A stretch of DNA of 50,965 nt, from IMG/VR virus record IMGVR_UViG_3300037308_000082, positions 1 through 50,965 of that record. One strand, 5' to 3'. A program made the translations under genes and the position numbers. Below the pieces are notes generated by a model that was not told where the DNA came from, made no database searches, and saw nothing but the letters and a program-made list of their open reading frames with translations. Below are positions 40,576-49,845 of the stretch, piece by piece (the stretch's first letter is position 1; each line of letters starts with the position of its first letter). This DNA comes from a virus (taxonomy: Duplodnaviria; Caudoviricetes).

Positions 40576-43329
40576 CTACCGGGGGTCTCGACGGGTGACG
40601 GTGAACTCGATGACGGTGTGCGTGCCCGCTGCCGCCCACCCGCTCGCAGGCTTGAAGACCTCGATGCCGGGGTGACCGCTGGCGACGTTCGCCGTCCAGA
40701 GCCAGCGGATCTTCTGCGGTGCGCCGGTCGGCACGAGCCGGTCAGGAGACGACGCGTTGAACGCGACCGAGACACGCCACTCGGCCATCCCGATTTCGAC
40801 CACGACCAGCGCCTCGATCTCGTAGACCTTGCCGATCTCGAAAATCTGCGGGTAGCCGTACATCCCCACGCCGGTGTCCTCGGCCGGTGCCGGGTTCCAC
40901 GGCAGGTCGAGCGCGTCACCGTTGCGGACCACGCCGGGCTGAGACCAGGCGTAGCCAAAACCGAAGGAGCGCCAGAGGCTTGTGGTGGTGAGCAGGTTCG
41001 GCGGAGTCACGTCCACCCGGTCGTACTTCGGCTCCTCGACGTAGTAGGGGCGCTCGGTGAAGTCCACCTGGGTCAGCGTCGTCGAGACGCCGTTGACGCC
41101 GGGTCTCGGCCCCTGGGCGATGGACACCGCGCCCATCCGGGCATAGAGCCGCCGTCCGGTGTAATCGCGCCACATGACGACCTCGGCCTCGTGTGCGGCC
41201 TTCCGCCAGTCACTCACCGGGGAGTCCCAGTTGCACTCGTCGCCCGGCGCACAGCCGAGCGGCGCGGCCACCGGGGTCCCTGAGACGGACAGCTCCGTGC
41301 CGATGTTCTTGCCGAACAGGCCGACCGGGTGCTTGCGGCCGAGGAAGTGCTGGGTCCGGCTGTTGCGGCTGTCGGTCTCGTCCACCTTCAGGTCGCTGCG
41401 CAGCCGGACGATGTTGCTGAACGACGGACCCCACGACAAGAAGCCCCAGTAGTCGGTGGAAGACAGCGGCACCGTTGCCGTAGGGCCGGTGGCTCGCAGC
41501 CCGTCCACGCTGACCGAGATGGCCCGGTACTCGACGATCCCGGCCAGCGGCGAGGTCGGGTCGGAGATGGTCGCCGGGAGTGGGATGCCGCTGGCGAACA
41601 GCGTCCAGTCCGTCTCTCCGAGGATGCGTCGCTCGACCATCGCCGTCTCGATGGGGACGGTGGCACCCTCCTGGGGGTCTAGTCCTTCCAGGGTGAGCGC
41701 GATCCGTCCCCGGCAGGGGTCGGTGAAGGAGACGATGGTCGCCTGCGCGGGCGGCAGCAGGTCGATCTCGAACGTGGCGGTCGCCCACTCGCTCCACAGG
41801 TCGAAGCCGCTCTTGGTTCGCACCCGCACCCGGTACTCGGTGAGGTTCACAAAGTCGTAGGAGTCGAACAGGTACGAGGACACCGACCCCGAGCCGCTGT
41901 CCCGGAACAGCGCCGTTCCGAGCGGGTCGGTGATCTCGACCTCCCACGCCGTCTGCGGGCTGCCCTGGTCCTGGTTGTAGACCCAGTCCACGCTGGGCGG
42001 CAGCACCTGGACGACCGGCGGCGGGAAGCCGACGACGATGGTGACGGTCGGCGCGGTCGTGCCGGTGAAGGTGGCCCCAGCGGACCACGGCCCCCAGTCG
42101 GCCAGGGTCGAGCTCCGCGTGCGGACCCGCCACAGGTAGACCGCCCCGTTGGGCAGGGCGGCGGCGGGCAGAGTGGCCGACCCGGACGATGAGGCCACCT
42201 GGCCGGAGGTCCACGCCGTCCACGTCGAACCGCTGTCGTTGGAGACCTGGACCTCGTAGGAGGACTGCGCGGCGTTGTCGGCCCCGCCGACGTGCTTCCA
42301 GGTCAGCGTGTGCGCGGCGTTGAGGTCGATCTTCGCCCCATCGGGGTCGAGCAGGGTGGGCGCCAGCGGCGGCACCGCGACCGTGACGCTGTTGCTCTCG
42401 ACGTAGCCGGAGTACAGCCCGGTCGCCCCGCCCTTGCCCTTGGTCCGCACCCGGTAGGTGTTCGTGCCACCACCGGCCGAGGAGTCCAGGTAGGTGTTCG
42501 AGCCGTCCGTGACCGTGGCGATGGTCGTCCACGACCCGGTGTCCACCTTGCGCTGGACCTCGTAGTCCATCGCGCCGTAGACGACGGTCGGGACCCAGGA
42601 GACCCGGACGTCGGTGCCGGACGTGCCACGCACGGCGGTGACGCTCGTCGGCCCACCGGGGCTGGTGTAGATGGTGCCGGACTCGTTGAACGAGCCCGAG
42701 CCGACCGTGTTGTTCGCCCGGACCCGGAACGTGTAGGCCCGGTTGGCGCTCAGCCCGGTGCGGACGTAGGAGGTCGCGGTCGAGCCGACCGTGGCGACGG
42801 TCGTCCACGCTCCCCACGCGCCGTCGTAGGTGCGCATCTCGACGGTGATGCTCGTGTAGGGCCGCTGAGCAGTCGGCTGGTTCGTCCACGAGACGGTCGC
42901 CTGGCTGTCGCTGTTGCGGACGGCCGTGACCGAGTACGGGCTGTAGGGCGCAGCGTAGGGCCGGGCCGGGATGCTGACGCTGACGCCGTGGCTGGGCGTC
43001 GAGCCGTTGTAGGCTCCGCCGACCTGGGCGTAGAAGTTGTAGTTGCCGGGCGAGGAGCCCCAGGTCGAGTAGTTGTACCAGACGTCTCGCGTGCCCAGGT
43101 GTAGCACGACGCCCGCGTTGCCCTGGTTGTTGTAGTCGATCCGCCCGCCCGAGTCGCCCCAGGTGTCGAGCCACTGGAAATCGTTGTAGCGGTAGAGGTT
43201 CTGGACGTAGTACTCGACCCGGATCAGCACCGAGCCACTGTTGGTGTCCACGCCGGTCGCCACGTAGGCGTTGATGCCCACGCGCATCCCGTTGCCGCCG
43301 ACGTTGTGGTACCCACCCCACGAGGTCAT
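40576..43329 (-). CDS. Minor tail protein with fibronectin type III domains (917 aa)
   Basis: TVSW...YTFRVRANN FN3 signatures; follows the tape measure. Confidence 0.8.
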   Translation of the reverse strand: MTSWGGYHNVGGNGMRVGINAYVATGVDTNSGSVLIRVEYYVQNLYRYNDFQWLDTWGDSGGRIDYNNQGNAGVVLHLGTRDVWYNYSTWGSSPGNYNFYAQVGGAYNGSTPSHGVSVSIPARPYAAPYSPYSVTAVRNSDSQATVSWTNQPTAQRPYTSITVEMRTYDGAWGAWTTVATVGSTATSYVRTGLSANRAYTFRVRANNTVGSGSFNESGTIYTSPGGPTSVTAVRGTSGTDVRVSWVPTVVYGAMDYEVQRKVDTGSWTTIATVTDGSNTYLDSSAGGGTNTYRVRTKGKGGATGLYSGYVESNSVTVAVPPLAPTLLDPDGAKIDLNAAHTLTWKHVGGADNAAQSSYEVQVSNDSGSTWTAWTSGQVASSSGSATLPAAALPNGAVYLWRVRTRSSTLADWGPWSAGATFTGTTAPTVTIVVGFPPPVVQVLPPSVDWVYNQDQGSPQTAWEVEITDPLGTALFRDSGSGSVSSYLFDSYDFVNLTEYRVRVRTKSGFDLWSEWATATFEIDLLPPAQATIVSFTDPCRGRIALTLEGLDPQEGATVPIETAMVERRILGETDWTLFASGIPLPATISDPTSPLAGIVEYRAISVSVDGLRATGPTATVPLSSTDYWGFLSWGPSFSNIVRLRSDLKVDETDSRNSRTQHFLGRKHPVGLFGKNIGTELSVSGTPVAAPLGCAPGDECNWDSPVSDWRKAAHEAEVVMWRDYTGRRLYARMGAVSIAQGPRPGVNGVSTTLTQVDFTERPYYVEEPKYDRVDVTPPNLLTTTSLWRSFGFGYAWSQPGVVRNGDALDLPWNPAPAEDTGVGMYGYPQIFEIGKVYEIEALVVVEIGMAEWRVSVAFNASSPDRLVPTGAPQKIRWLWTANVASGHPGIEVFKPASGWAAAGTHTVIEFTVTRRDPR

Positions 43330-46028
43330 CAGACGGCCCTCACAGTCCCGCTCCGGAGGGTGCGCCGGGCGTTGACGCGCTGCCGGTCCAGCATCTCAAG
43401 GAAGTCCGCCACCGTGCCGAGGTCGCGGATGCGCTCGATGTCCAGCACGACCTCGATGTTGTAGGTTGTGTTGCCCCCGCCCATACCCCTGCCAGCACTG
43501 AGGCTGCTTCCTCCGCCGATGTCGAACGGGCCGACATCGACCTGCCGAGCCAGGTACTCGCTGGCTCGCGCTGCCTCACCGGCTCCTCCGACGAGGCCCT
43601 GGACCAAACCCTCGACGACGTTGGTGCCGTACTCCTTGAACAACTTCGACGGCGAAGCGATGCCCAGCACGCTCAGCACCGGCTTGGGCACGTTGGCCTT
43701 GATGAAGCCCATCACGGCGCTGTAGAGACGAGCGCCCATACCGAGGATGCCGTCGATGAGCCCCTGGATCATGTCGCGTCCGGCGCTGACCAAACTGCTG
43801 GCTGCCCCCTTCACGGCATTGACTACGCCAGTGATCACGCTACGGGCGGCCTCAGTCGCCCGGCCGACGAAGCCACTAATCGTGGAGACGACATTGTTCC
43901 AGGCATCGGAGACGATCTGCTTGACCTGATTGAGCGGCCCGCGCACGAGGTCCATCAGCCGGTTGAAGCCATCCCGGACGAAGCTGACCGCCGCCTGCAC
44001 CCTCTCGTTGATCCAGGTGGCGATCGCCTGCCAGGCTTCCCGGATGAAGGAGCGAACCGCCTCGACCTTCTCCATCACCGCAGCACGGATCGCCTCGAAC
44101 TTCTCGGTGATCCAGGTCCAGATCGCGGTGACCTTCTCGGCGATCCAGTCGTAGATCGCCTGCCAGGCCGTCACGAGGAAGTCCCAGATTGCCTGTGCTG
44201 GGCCGCGAATGGCCTCGAAGATCCAGTTCCAGATGGCGATGAGCAGAGCCAGTGCCATTCGGTACGGCCAGGTCAGCCACTCCAACAGCCGCCCGCCCCA
44301 CTCGATCACCCAGTCGATGATCCCGCCAAGGAAGGCGACGACGCTGTTGAAGGCGCTGGAGATGGCAGTCCAGACACCGGAGACACCACTCTTGATCGAC
44401 TCCCACACCGCCGTCACAGCAGGCATGAAGGTGTTCGTGAACCAGTCGCTCACTGCCTGGATCGCCGTCTTGATCGCGTTCCAGACGTTCGTGACGATGG
44501 CCTTACCGGTCTCGGTTTGGGTGAAGAACCACACGAGCGCCCCGACGAGCAGGCCGACTGCTGTGATGATCGCCCCGATCGGGTTGGCGGCCATCGCCAG
44601 GCTGAGCAGGATGAAGGCGCCGCGCACGACCAGGATCACGGTCTGCAGGATGCGGAACGCCGAGATGATCGCGTTGATGATGCCCGCGATGAACATCATG
44701 GACTTGAAGACGGCGACGAGTGCCAGTACCGGGCCGATGATCGGCGCCAGCGCGGTGAGAAGGCCCGCGAAGGCGACGATGATCGGGCTGACGATCGGCA
44801 TGATCTCCGCCAGCGTGTCAGCCATCGACTCGATGATGGCGATGAGAGCGTTGAAGACCTCGGGCTTAGCCAGAACGGCGAACACCGGAGCGAGCGCCCC
44901 GATGACACGGCCGACCCCTTCGAGAGCCCCTGCCCCTTGCTCAGCCCACGTCTTGATGGCGTTCTGGCCAGCAACGGAGCCCGTCCACGCCTCGAACTTG
45001 GCCGTCAGCGTCTCCAACTTGGAGAGAAGCGTGTCACCAGCCCCCGCGCTCGCCGTGAAGACGTTGTGGAGCGCCCCACCAAGGTTCGTCAGGATGCCAA
45101 TAAGGGTCTGTGCGGAGTCCATCGCCTTGTCCATGAACTCTGCGATAGAGCCAGACTCACGGCCTCGTGCAGCCCACTCCGCGAACTTCTGAGCGAGGGT
45201 CGTGATGCCGCCCGACAGCCGCTCGGCTGACGGGATGAGCGCGATATAGAGGTCAAGGATCCCCTGCAGGATCGGCTGGGCCGCTTGACCGAGGATCGTC
45301 ATGATCCTCGTGTTGCCCTCCATCGCCAGGCCGAAGTCAGCCGCCACCTTCGGCTGAGCCGCCCACGCCATGATCTGCGCGACAACGCCGTTCAGCGCGG
45401 TCGCCATTCCGGTGAGGTTGGCCTTGGCGATGGGCAGGTACGTCTCACCGAGCACCCTCACGTCGTCGGCGAGGTTGGCAAAGAACGCGTCCTGGACCGT
45501 GGTTCGGAGGTCGGCCGCCGCATCGCGGAAGCCGCGCAACTCGGTCACGACGGCGCGAGCCGAGGGAGCCAACTTCGCCAGGGCCTCCTCGTTGCCCTTC
45601 AGTGCCTCGCCGAAGCCCCGGAAGGCGATCACGGCAGTCACGGCACCGCTGATGAGTGCCCCCAGCACGCCCACGAAAGAGCCCGCTGCCGCCCCGGCCT
45701 GATAGAGCGAGCCGAGGACTGCCGTCAGCCCTCCGGCCAGAACACTGATCCCGCTGGCTGCAAGAGGTGCCATGACGGTGACAAGCCGTAGAGCACCACC
45801 AGCAGCGACCCCGATTCCCCCGAAGGCAGTCTGGACCTTCTGTGTCTCCTTCTGCAGTGCGCTACTCGACAGAGCCGACGAGAGACCGGCCAGCATGCTC
45901 GACCCGAGCCGCTTGCCGAGAGAGTCGCCCTCGGCATCAACACCGGAACTCTTGACGATGCGCCGGATCTGGCTGGCGACTCGATCGCCGTCTACGTGGA
46001 GATCGACGTAGGCATCAGCAATGCTCAC
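43329..46028 (-). CDS. Tape measure protein
   Basis: Ala/Gly-rich helical 899 aa, ANPIG, Trp periodicity, LGIASPSK. Confidence 0.9.
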   Translation of the reverse strand: MSIADAYVDLHVDGDRVASQIRRIVKSSGVDAEGDSLGKRLGSSMLAGLSSALSSSALQKETQKVQTAFGGIGVAAGGALRLVTVMAPLAASGISVLAGGLTAVLGSLYQAGAAAGSFVGVLGALISGAVTAVIAFRGFGEALKGNEEALAKLAPSARAVVTELRGFRDAAADLRTTVQDAFFANLADDVRVLGETYLPIAKANLTGMATALNGVVAQIMAWAAQPKVAADFGLAMEGNTRIMTILGQAAQPILQGILDLYIALIPSAERLSGGITTLAQKFAEWAARGRESGSIAEFMDKAMDSAQTLIGILTNLGGALHNVFTASAGAGDTLLSKLETLTAKFEAWTGSVAGQNAIKTWAEQGAGALEGVGRVIGALAPVFAVLAKPEVFNALIAIIESMADTLAEIMPIVSPIIVAFAGLLTALAPIIGPVLALVAVFKSMMFIAGIINAIISAFRILQTVILVVRGAFILLSLAMAANPIGAIITAVGLLVGALVWFFTQTETGKAIVTNVWNAIKTAIQAVSDWFTNTFMPAVTAVWESIKSGVSGVWTAISSAFNSVVAFLGGIIDWVIEWGGRLLEWLTWPYRMALALLIAIWNWIFEAIRGPAQAIWDFLVTAWQAIYDWIAEKVTAIWTWITEKFEAIRAAVMEKVEAVRSFIREAWQAIATWINERVQAAVSFVRDGFNRLMDLVRGPLNQVKQIVSDAWNNVVSTISGFVGRATEAARSVITGVVNAVKGAASSLVSAGRDMIQGLIDGILGMGARLYSAVMGFIKANVPKPVLSVLGIASPSKLFKEYGTNVVEGLVQGLVGGAGEAARASEYLARQVDVGPFDIGGGSSLSAGRGMGGGNTTYNIEVVLDIERIRDLGTVADFLEMLDRQRVNARRTLRSGTVRAV

Positions 46029-46330
46029 GCGTCACCCCCGCGCACGGCAGCGGCTAGGCCGGAGAGTGCTGCCGTCTCCTGCTCACGGGACCAGGGCGAA
46101 GAGGCTGGGGCCTCTTGGCCGGGTGGCGGCCGGAACAGGCGTGTCTCGAACCGGATGCGGTCCTTCTCTTCTTGGAAGGACTCGACGACGGTTGTGTGAA
46201 CGTAGTTCAGGAAGCGGTCGAAAGGAAGGTCCATCAGATCCACTCCCTTCCCTGCAGTACGCCCGTCGAGCGTCACCCAGTTCTCTGCTGCGACAGCGAC
46301 GAGCCGTACTGCTACGTAGTAGGGCGGGCC
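46025..46330 (-). CDS. Tail assembly chaperone, second (T-like) segment in the -1 frame
   Basis: Frame open from about 46330 (PYYVAVRL...LDG...DLPFDRFLN); no clear SD at the GTG 46276. Confidence 0.55.
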   Translation of the reverse strand, partial: GPPYYVAVRLVAVAAENWVTLDGRTAGKGVDLMDLPFDRFLNYVHTTVVESFQEEKDRIRFETRLFRPPPGQEAPASSPWSREQETAALSGLAAAVRGGDA

Positions 46331-46626
46331 GAGATCGCCTCGACCAATCCTACCATGATTGCCTCTAGCCCGTCGATGTCGAAGTCGTCTTCAGGGTCTC
46401 GAAGTCGGGCAGCGATGCGATCGGCGTCCTCTTTCGAGAGCCCCTTGTCCAGCCAGGCAAAAGCCTCCTTGCTCGCCACGAGAGCGTTCTCCGCGTTCTC
46501 CATCACGGGCATCATGAGCGCGGCCCGCTTGGGTGGCGTGAAGGCGTACTCGTGGTCCTCACCCTCGATCGTGAAGGTGATGGGCTCGACCCGGCGCTTG
46601 GCTACCTTGAAGGCGAGATCACTCAC
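46312..46626 (-). CDS. Tail assembly chaperone (G-like)
   Basis: AGGAG SD, GTG 46626; ends ARPTT; upstream of the tape measure. Confidence 0.75.
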   Translation of the reverse strand: MSDLAFKVAKRRVEPITFTIEGEDHEYAFTPPKRAALMMPVMENAENALVASKEAFAWLDKGLSKEDADRIAARLRDPEDDFDIDGLEAIMVGLVEAISARPTT

Positions 46627-46706
46627 GGGCGGGGCTCCTGCTCCTGCTTGGGCTGGGGCGGCGCCACTGTCGGCCGTGGGCGGGGCTTCCCGCAGTTGCA
46701 TCCCAT
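46623..46706 (-). CDS. 27-aa peptide MGCNCGKPRPRP...
   Basis: GAGAGGA SD, TATGAT -10 at 46738-46743, GTGA overlap with the chaperone. Confidence 0.55.
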   Translation of the reverse strand: MGCNCGKPRPRPTVAPPQPKQEQEPRP

Positions 46707-46738
46707 CTGTCTTGATCCTCTCTAGAAGGGTACGCCCA

Positions 46739-47128
46739 TCATACCCTGAAGTCAGCCTCTGTGAGTGACCGGAGAGCCCTCTCAAGGTAGTGGACTGCCG
46801 GGACGCCTCGGGTCTTCCCTGTCCGAACCCACTTGCCGCCTCTCGTCTTGAACACGAGAGCCGGAGCACGGCGAGGGAAGATCGGCCCAGTGCCGCGCTC
46901 CTGGAAGATCGCGTACTTGATGGGGCTGCCGATCCGGTAGACGATGGTAGTCTTGGTCTGGCTGACCTGCGTGCTGGTGATGCTGTTGCGGAGAGCGCCG
47001 GTCAGCACAGGAGCGTTCTGCTTGGCACGGTCCCGGACCCGGCCAGCCGCCCGACGAGCAGCCCGGCCCACGTCGCCGGTCGGGCTGAACAGGGCCGTGA
47101 CCTCAGCGTCATTGATGACTACTCGCAT
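46739..47128 (-). CDS. HK97 gp10-like tail completion protein
   Basis: APVLTGALRNSI, YAIFQERGT motifs. Confidence 0.75.
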   Translation of the reverse strand: MRVVINDAEVTALFSPTGDVGRAARRAAGRVRDRAKQNAPVLTGALRNSITSTQVSQTKTTIVYRIGSPIKYAIFQERGTGPIFPRRAPALVFKTRGGKWVRTGKTRGVPAVHYLERALRSLTEADFRV

Positions 47129-47580
47129 GTCAAAACCTGCACGGTGAAGTTCCACTCGAAGCCGCCGCAGTACCCTTCGGGGCCGAGAGGAGTTCCCCGT
47201 CCAAGCAAGGGTCGTCGTGCGCCAGTAGGAGGACTCCAACTGAGAAGTGACTTCAGCAGGAGATCAGCATCGCCGAGCATCTGCTGAGCGTCAGCGGTCA
47301 TCTCATCAGCGGTCGGCGGTCGCCCGCTGTCGTCGAGCCCCTGCCAGCAGCGAACGATGCCTACAGCGGCCTCGACACGGAGCGAGTCGATGCCGCACGC
47401 GGGCGCACTGGCGACCGGCGTGATAGAGAGAACGCGCACCCAGACCTGGCCTGCACAGCAGTCATCCCAGGCTACCGTGCTGCCGGGGGTCAGCGAGATC
47501 GTCCCGACCGGGGTCTCTTCAGGAAGCCGTGACTGGACCTCTGTCAGCAGGCTTTCGAGAAGAGGCGCGACGACATCCAC
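47119..47580 (-). CDS. Tail terminator / neck protein
   Basis: WDDCCAGQ, GIVRC, PLGPEG.CGG; position. Confidence 0.65.
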   Translation of the reverse strand: MDVVAPLLESLLTEVQSRLPEETPVGTISLTPGSTVAWDDCCAGQVWVRVLSITPVASAPACGIDSLRVEAAVGIVRCWQGLDDSGRPPTADEMTADAQQMLGDADLLLKSLLSWSPPTGARRPLLGRGTPLGPEGYCGGFEWNFTVQVLTCE

Positions 47581-48320
47581 TACCGCCGCCCCACCGGCCG
47601 CACGTCAGGAGAAGCAAGTGCAAAGCCCAGCGTCGGCCGAGTTACTGAAGCCACCCACGAGTCAATGAGCCAGATGCCGGTGTGGCCCTTGTCGATGTCC
47701 TCGAAGGTGTCCAGGGCTGCCGAGATCGTGACACCCTGCCGAGAGATCGTCTGCCACCGCTGCGGCAACTCGCACCCGGCCCGGCCGCAAGCAGCCTTCC
47801 ACAACTCAAGCGCCAACTTGCCTGCCGCTACCTGCCCACCGATAGGGACGGGCTCACCGAACTGCGCCTGCACGGTCCACGTTCCGACCTCGCCCGCAGG
47901 CAGGCTGAAGTCCTGGCAGTACGGCCAGAGGCCACCGTCCTGCCGAACAAGGAGCCGGTGGTCGTCGAGCCGGTAGGCGTCAGACGAAAGAGGCACGCCG
48001 TCGATCGTAATCGCCTCGATCGCTGCAACGTAGTGGCTGAAGCGCAGCGTTGACCCCTCGTTGCAGCCGCAGGTGTCACGGCAACGCCCGCAGGTGACGA
48101 TGCCATACCCTGGCTCTCCTGTGGCACACTTGAGACGGCACGGCCGAATCGTCACCGGACAAGTGCCGAACCGGCGACCCGTCCAGCGCCACAGGTACTC
48201 CGTCGCCATCTGCTCGTAGAGGCTGCGGTCCTCACCCTCTTCGGGGGTGTCACACTCTGCGTAGGACACCGGCCACGAGCAACCCGCCGACTCTGCCGGG
48301 CCGTAACTGGCACCGGCCAT
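47580..48320 (-). CDS. Head-to-tail adaptor
   Basis: LW.WTGRRFG.C, GLWP.CQD, C.LP, RQGV, TGIWLID.W. Confidence 0.75.
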   Translation of the reverse strand: MAGASYGPAESAGCSWPVSYAECDTPEEGEDRSLYEQMATEYLWRWTGRRFGTCPVTIRPCRLKCATGEPGYGIVTCGRCRDTCGCNEGSTLRFSHYVAAIEAITIDGVPLSSDAYRLDDHRLLVRQDGGLWPYCQDFSLPAGEVGTWTVQAQFGEPVPIGGQVAAGKLALELWKAACGRAGCELPQRWQTISRQGVTISAALDTFEDIDKGHTGIWLIDSWVASVTRPTLGFALASPDVRPVGRR

Positions 48321-48323
48321 CTG

Positions 48324-49019
48324 TCACGGCCCCGCAGTAGCGCCACACCCGCACTCGGCGGGCGGCGGCGACACGCCGGTCTCGATGATGAGCAGGGGCT
48401 CGTCAGGCTGCAGCGGAGTCGGCAGCGGCGCGGGCTGGTCGGTGCCGTCGAGCACGACATCGTAGGGACCCACGCCCCAGTTGTTGCCCGAGACCGTGTA
48501 GGCGCCCTGCATCGAGAAGGTGACCGCGTCCTCACCCGTGACCTCGATGTCGCCCAGGACCCCGGCGTTGACACAGGGCAGCAGGAGGTAGCCGCTGGCC
48601 TCTTCGGCGCCGGGAACGCAGGCGTTGCCCGCAAGCCCTGTCCACAACTCAAGGCTGAACTTGGTCTCGACGGTGCCCTCGTAGGCCGTCACACCGATGA
48701 CGTCGGCACCGTCCTTGTAGGGCCGGGTGTTGGTGAGGAAGGAGAGCAGGTCGGGGTCCACCCCGCACAACTCCATCTCGACCGTGAAGCGCTTGAACGA
48801 GTCGGGGCTCTTGTGGCTGATGCAGACAGCCCCGGACGCGTTCTTGGTCGTGATCTCCGAGCCATCCTCTGTCTCGCTCGACAGCGTGATGGTGATGAAG
48901 CCGTCCGAGACGACGGACAGACAGGTGCCGACCGGCCCGGTTGCCTCGTTGCAGCAGGAGTCCATCTTGGTCAGCCGGATCCTCTTCCCGAAGACCGGCT
49001 TGAAGCATCGAGTAGCCAC
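48324..49019 (-). CDS. Major tail protein
   Basis: GGAGG SD with GTG 49019; RIRLTKMD.C, SDGFIT, LCGVDP, LELWT motifs of cluster-B-like tail tubes. Confidence 0.8.
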   Translation of the reverse strand: MATRCFKPVFGKRIRLTKMDSCCNEATGPVGTCLSVVSDGFITITLSSETEDGSEITTKNASGAVCISHKSPDSFKRFTVEMELCGVDPDLLSFLTNTRPYKDGADVIGVTAYEGTVETKFSLELWTGLAGNACVPGAEEASGYLLLPCVNAGVLGDIEVTGEDAVTFSMQGAYTVSGNNWGVGPYDVVLDGTDQPAPLPTPLQPDEPLLIIETGVSPPPAECGCGATAGP

Positions 49020-49030
49020 GGTGTTCCCTC

Positions 49031-49771
49031 CTAGGGAGTGATCGTTACGGAGGCGACGGGACAGGGATCCCACGCGACGACGTACTGGCGCTGCGCCGTC
49101 GCGTAAGCGTCGTTGGTGTGCGGGTCGATGAGAGTCGTTGTGTAAACGGCACTCCGGTACCCAAAGAGGGCGGGCGTCGCGTAGAGCGTGTTGGGGTGAG
49201 ATGCGCTGTACCCGGCACCCGCGACGATCTGTGTCTCTAGGGGAGTGTAGAGACGCAGCCCGTTGCGGTGCAGGGTATCGCCGAGCAGTGTGACCACTCC
49301 GCGAGAGGCGTGGATGAGGCTGCGGACTCCGAACGTCACCCCGATGTAGTCTTCGAGCATCGCGACGGCTTCGAGAGCCGTCTTGGGTGCCGGTGTCAGG
49401 GCTTGCGCCTCTGCGTGCAGTCTCTCCCAGACATGACCCTCGACGGCTGCCTCTTCCTGCGTCAGCAGGTGGGCTGTGGCCTTCTCGACTGCCTGGACGT
49501 CGGCCCGGCCGCCGGGCGTGCCGCACTTGTAGGAGCCTGAGACCGTGATACCTGGTGCATCACCAAGGGCTCCTGAGACGTAGGCGTTGGTGGGGGGAGT
49601 GTCACAGTCCGGCTCAAGAACCTGAGCCGGGTCGCACGACAGGGCCTCCCAGACGACACCGTTGGACCAGTGCTCGTCAGGAGAGGCCCGGAAGGTGAAG
49701 GACGAGAAGAGCCCGAACGGCAGCGCCTCTCGGGGCTGACCGTTGACAGTCTGAGGGGCGGCGTATCCCAC
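49031..49771 (-). CDS. Second capsid protein (pentamer-type)
   Basis: GLFS, HW.NGV, E..VE..W, IHAS, VAGAGY; immediately downstream of the major capsid gene; SD GAGAGGAG. Confidence 0.7.
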   Translation of the reverse strand: MGYAAPQTVNGQPREALPFGLFSSFTFRASPDEHWSNGVVWEALSCDPAQVLEPDCDTPPTNAYVSGALGDAPGITVSGSYKCGTPGGRADVQAVEKATAHLLTQEEAAVEGHVWERLHAEAQALTPAPKTALEAVAMLEDYIGVTFGVRSLIHASRGVVTLLGDTLHRNGLRLYTPLETQIVAGAGYSASHPNTLYATPALFGYRSAVYTTTLIDPHTNDAYATAQRQYVVAWDPCPVASVTITP

Positions 49772-49777
49772 TCGAAC

Positions 49778-49839
49778 TCCTCTCACTCAGTCGTGGCCGG
49801 GAGCGAGGGGGAGAGAGGACCCGCCTCGCTCCCGGCCAC
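49778..49839 (-). promoter_or_regulatory. 16-bp perfect hairpin between capsid genes; loop complementary to the pentamer SD
   Basis: Stem 49793-49808/49824-49839; loop TCCTCTC versus SD GAGAGGA. Confidence 0.65.
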
Positions 49840-49845
49840 AGGGGG

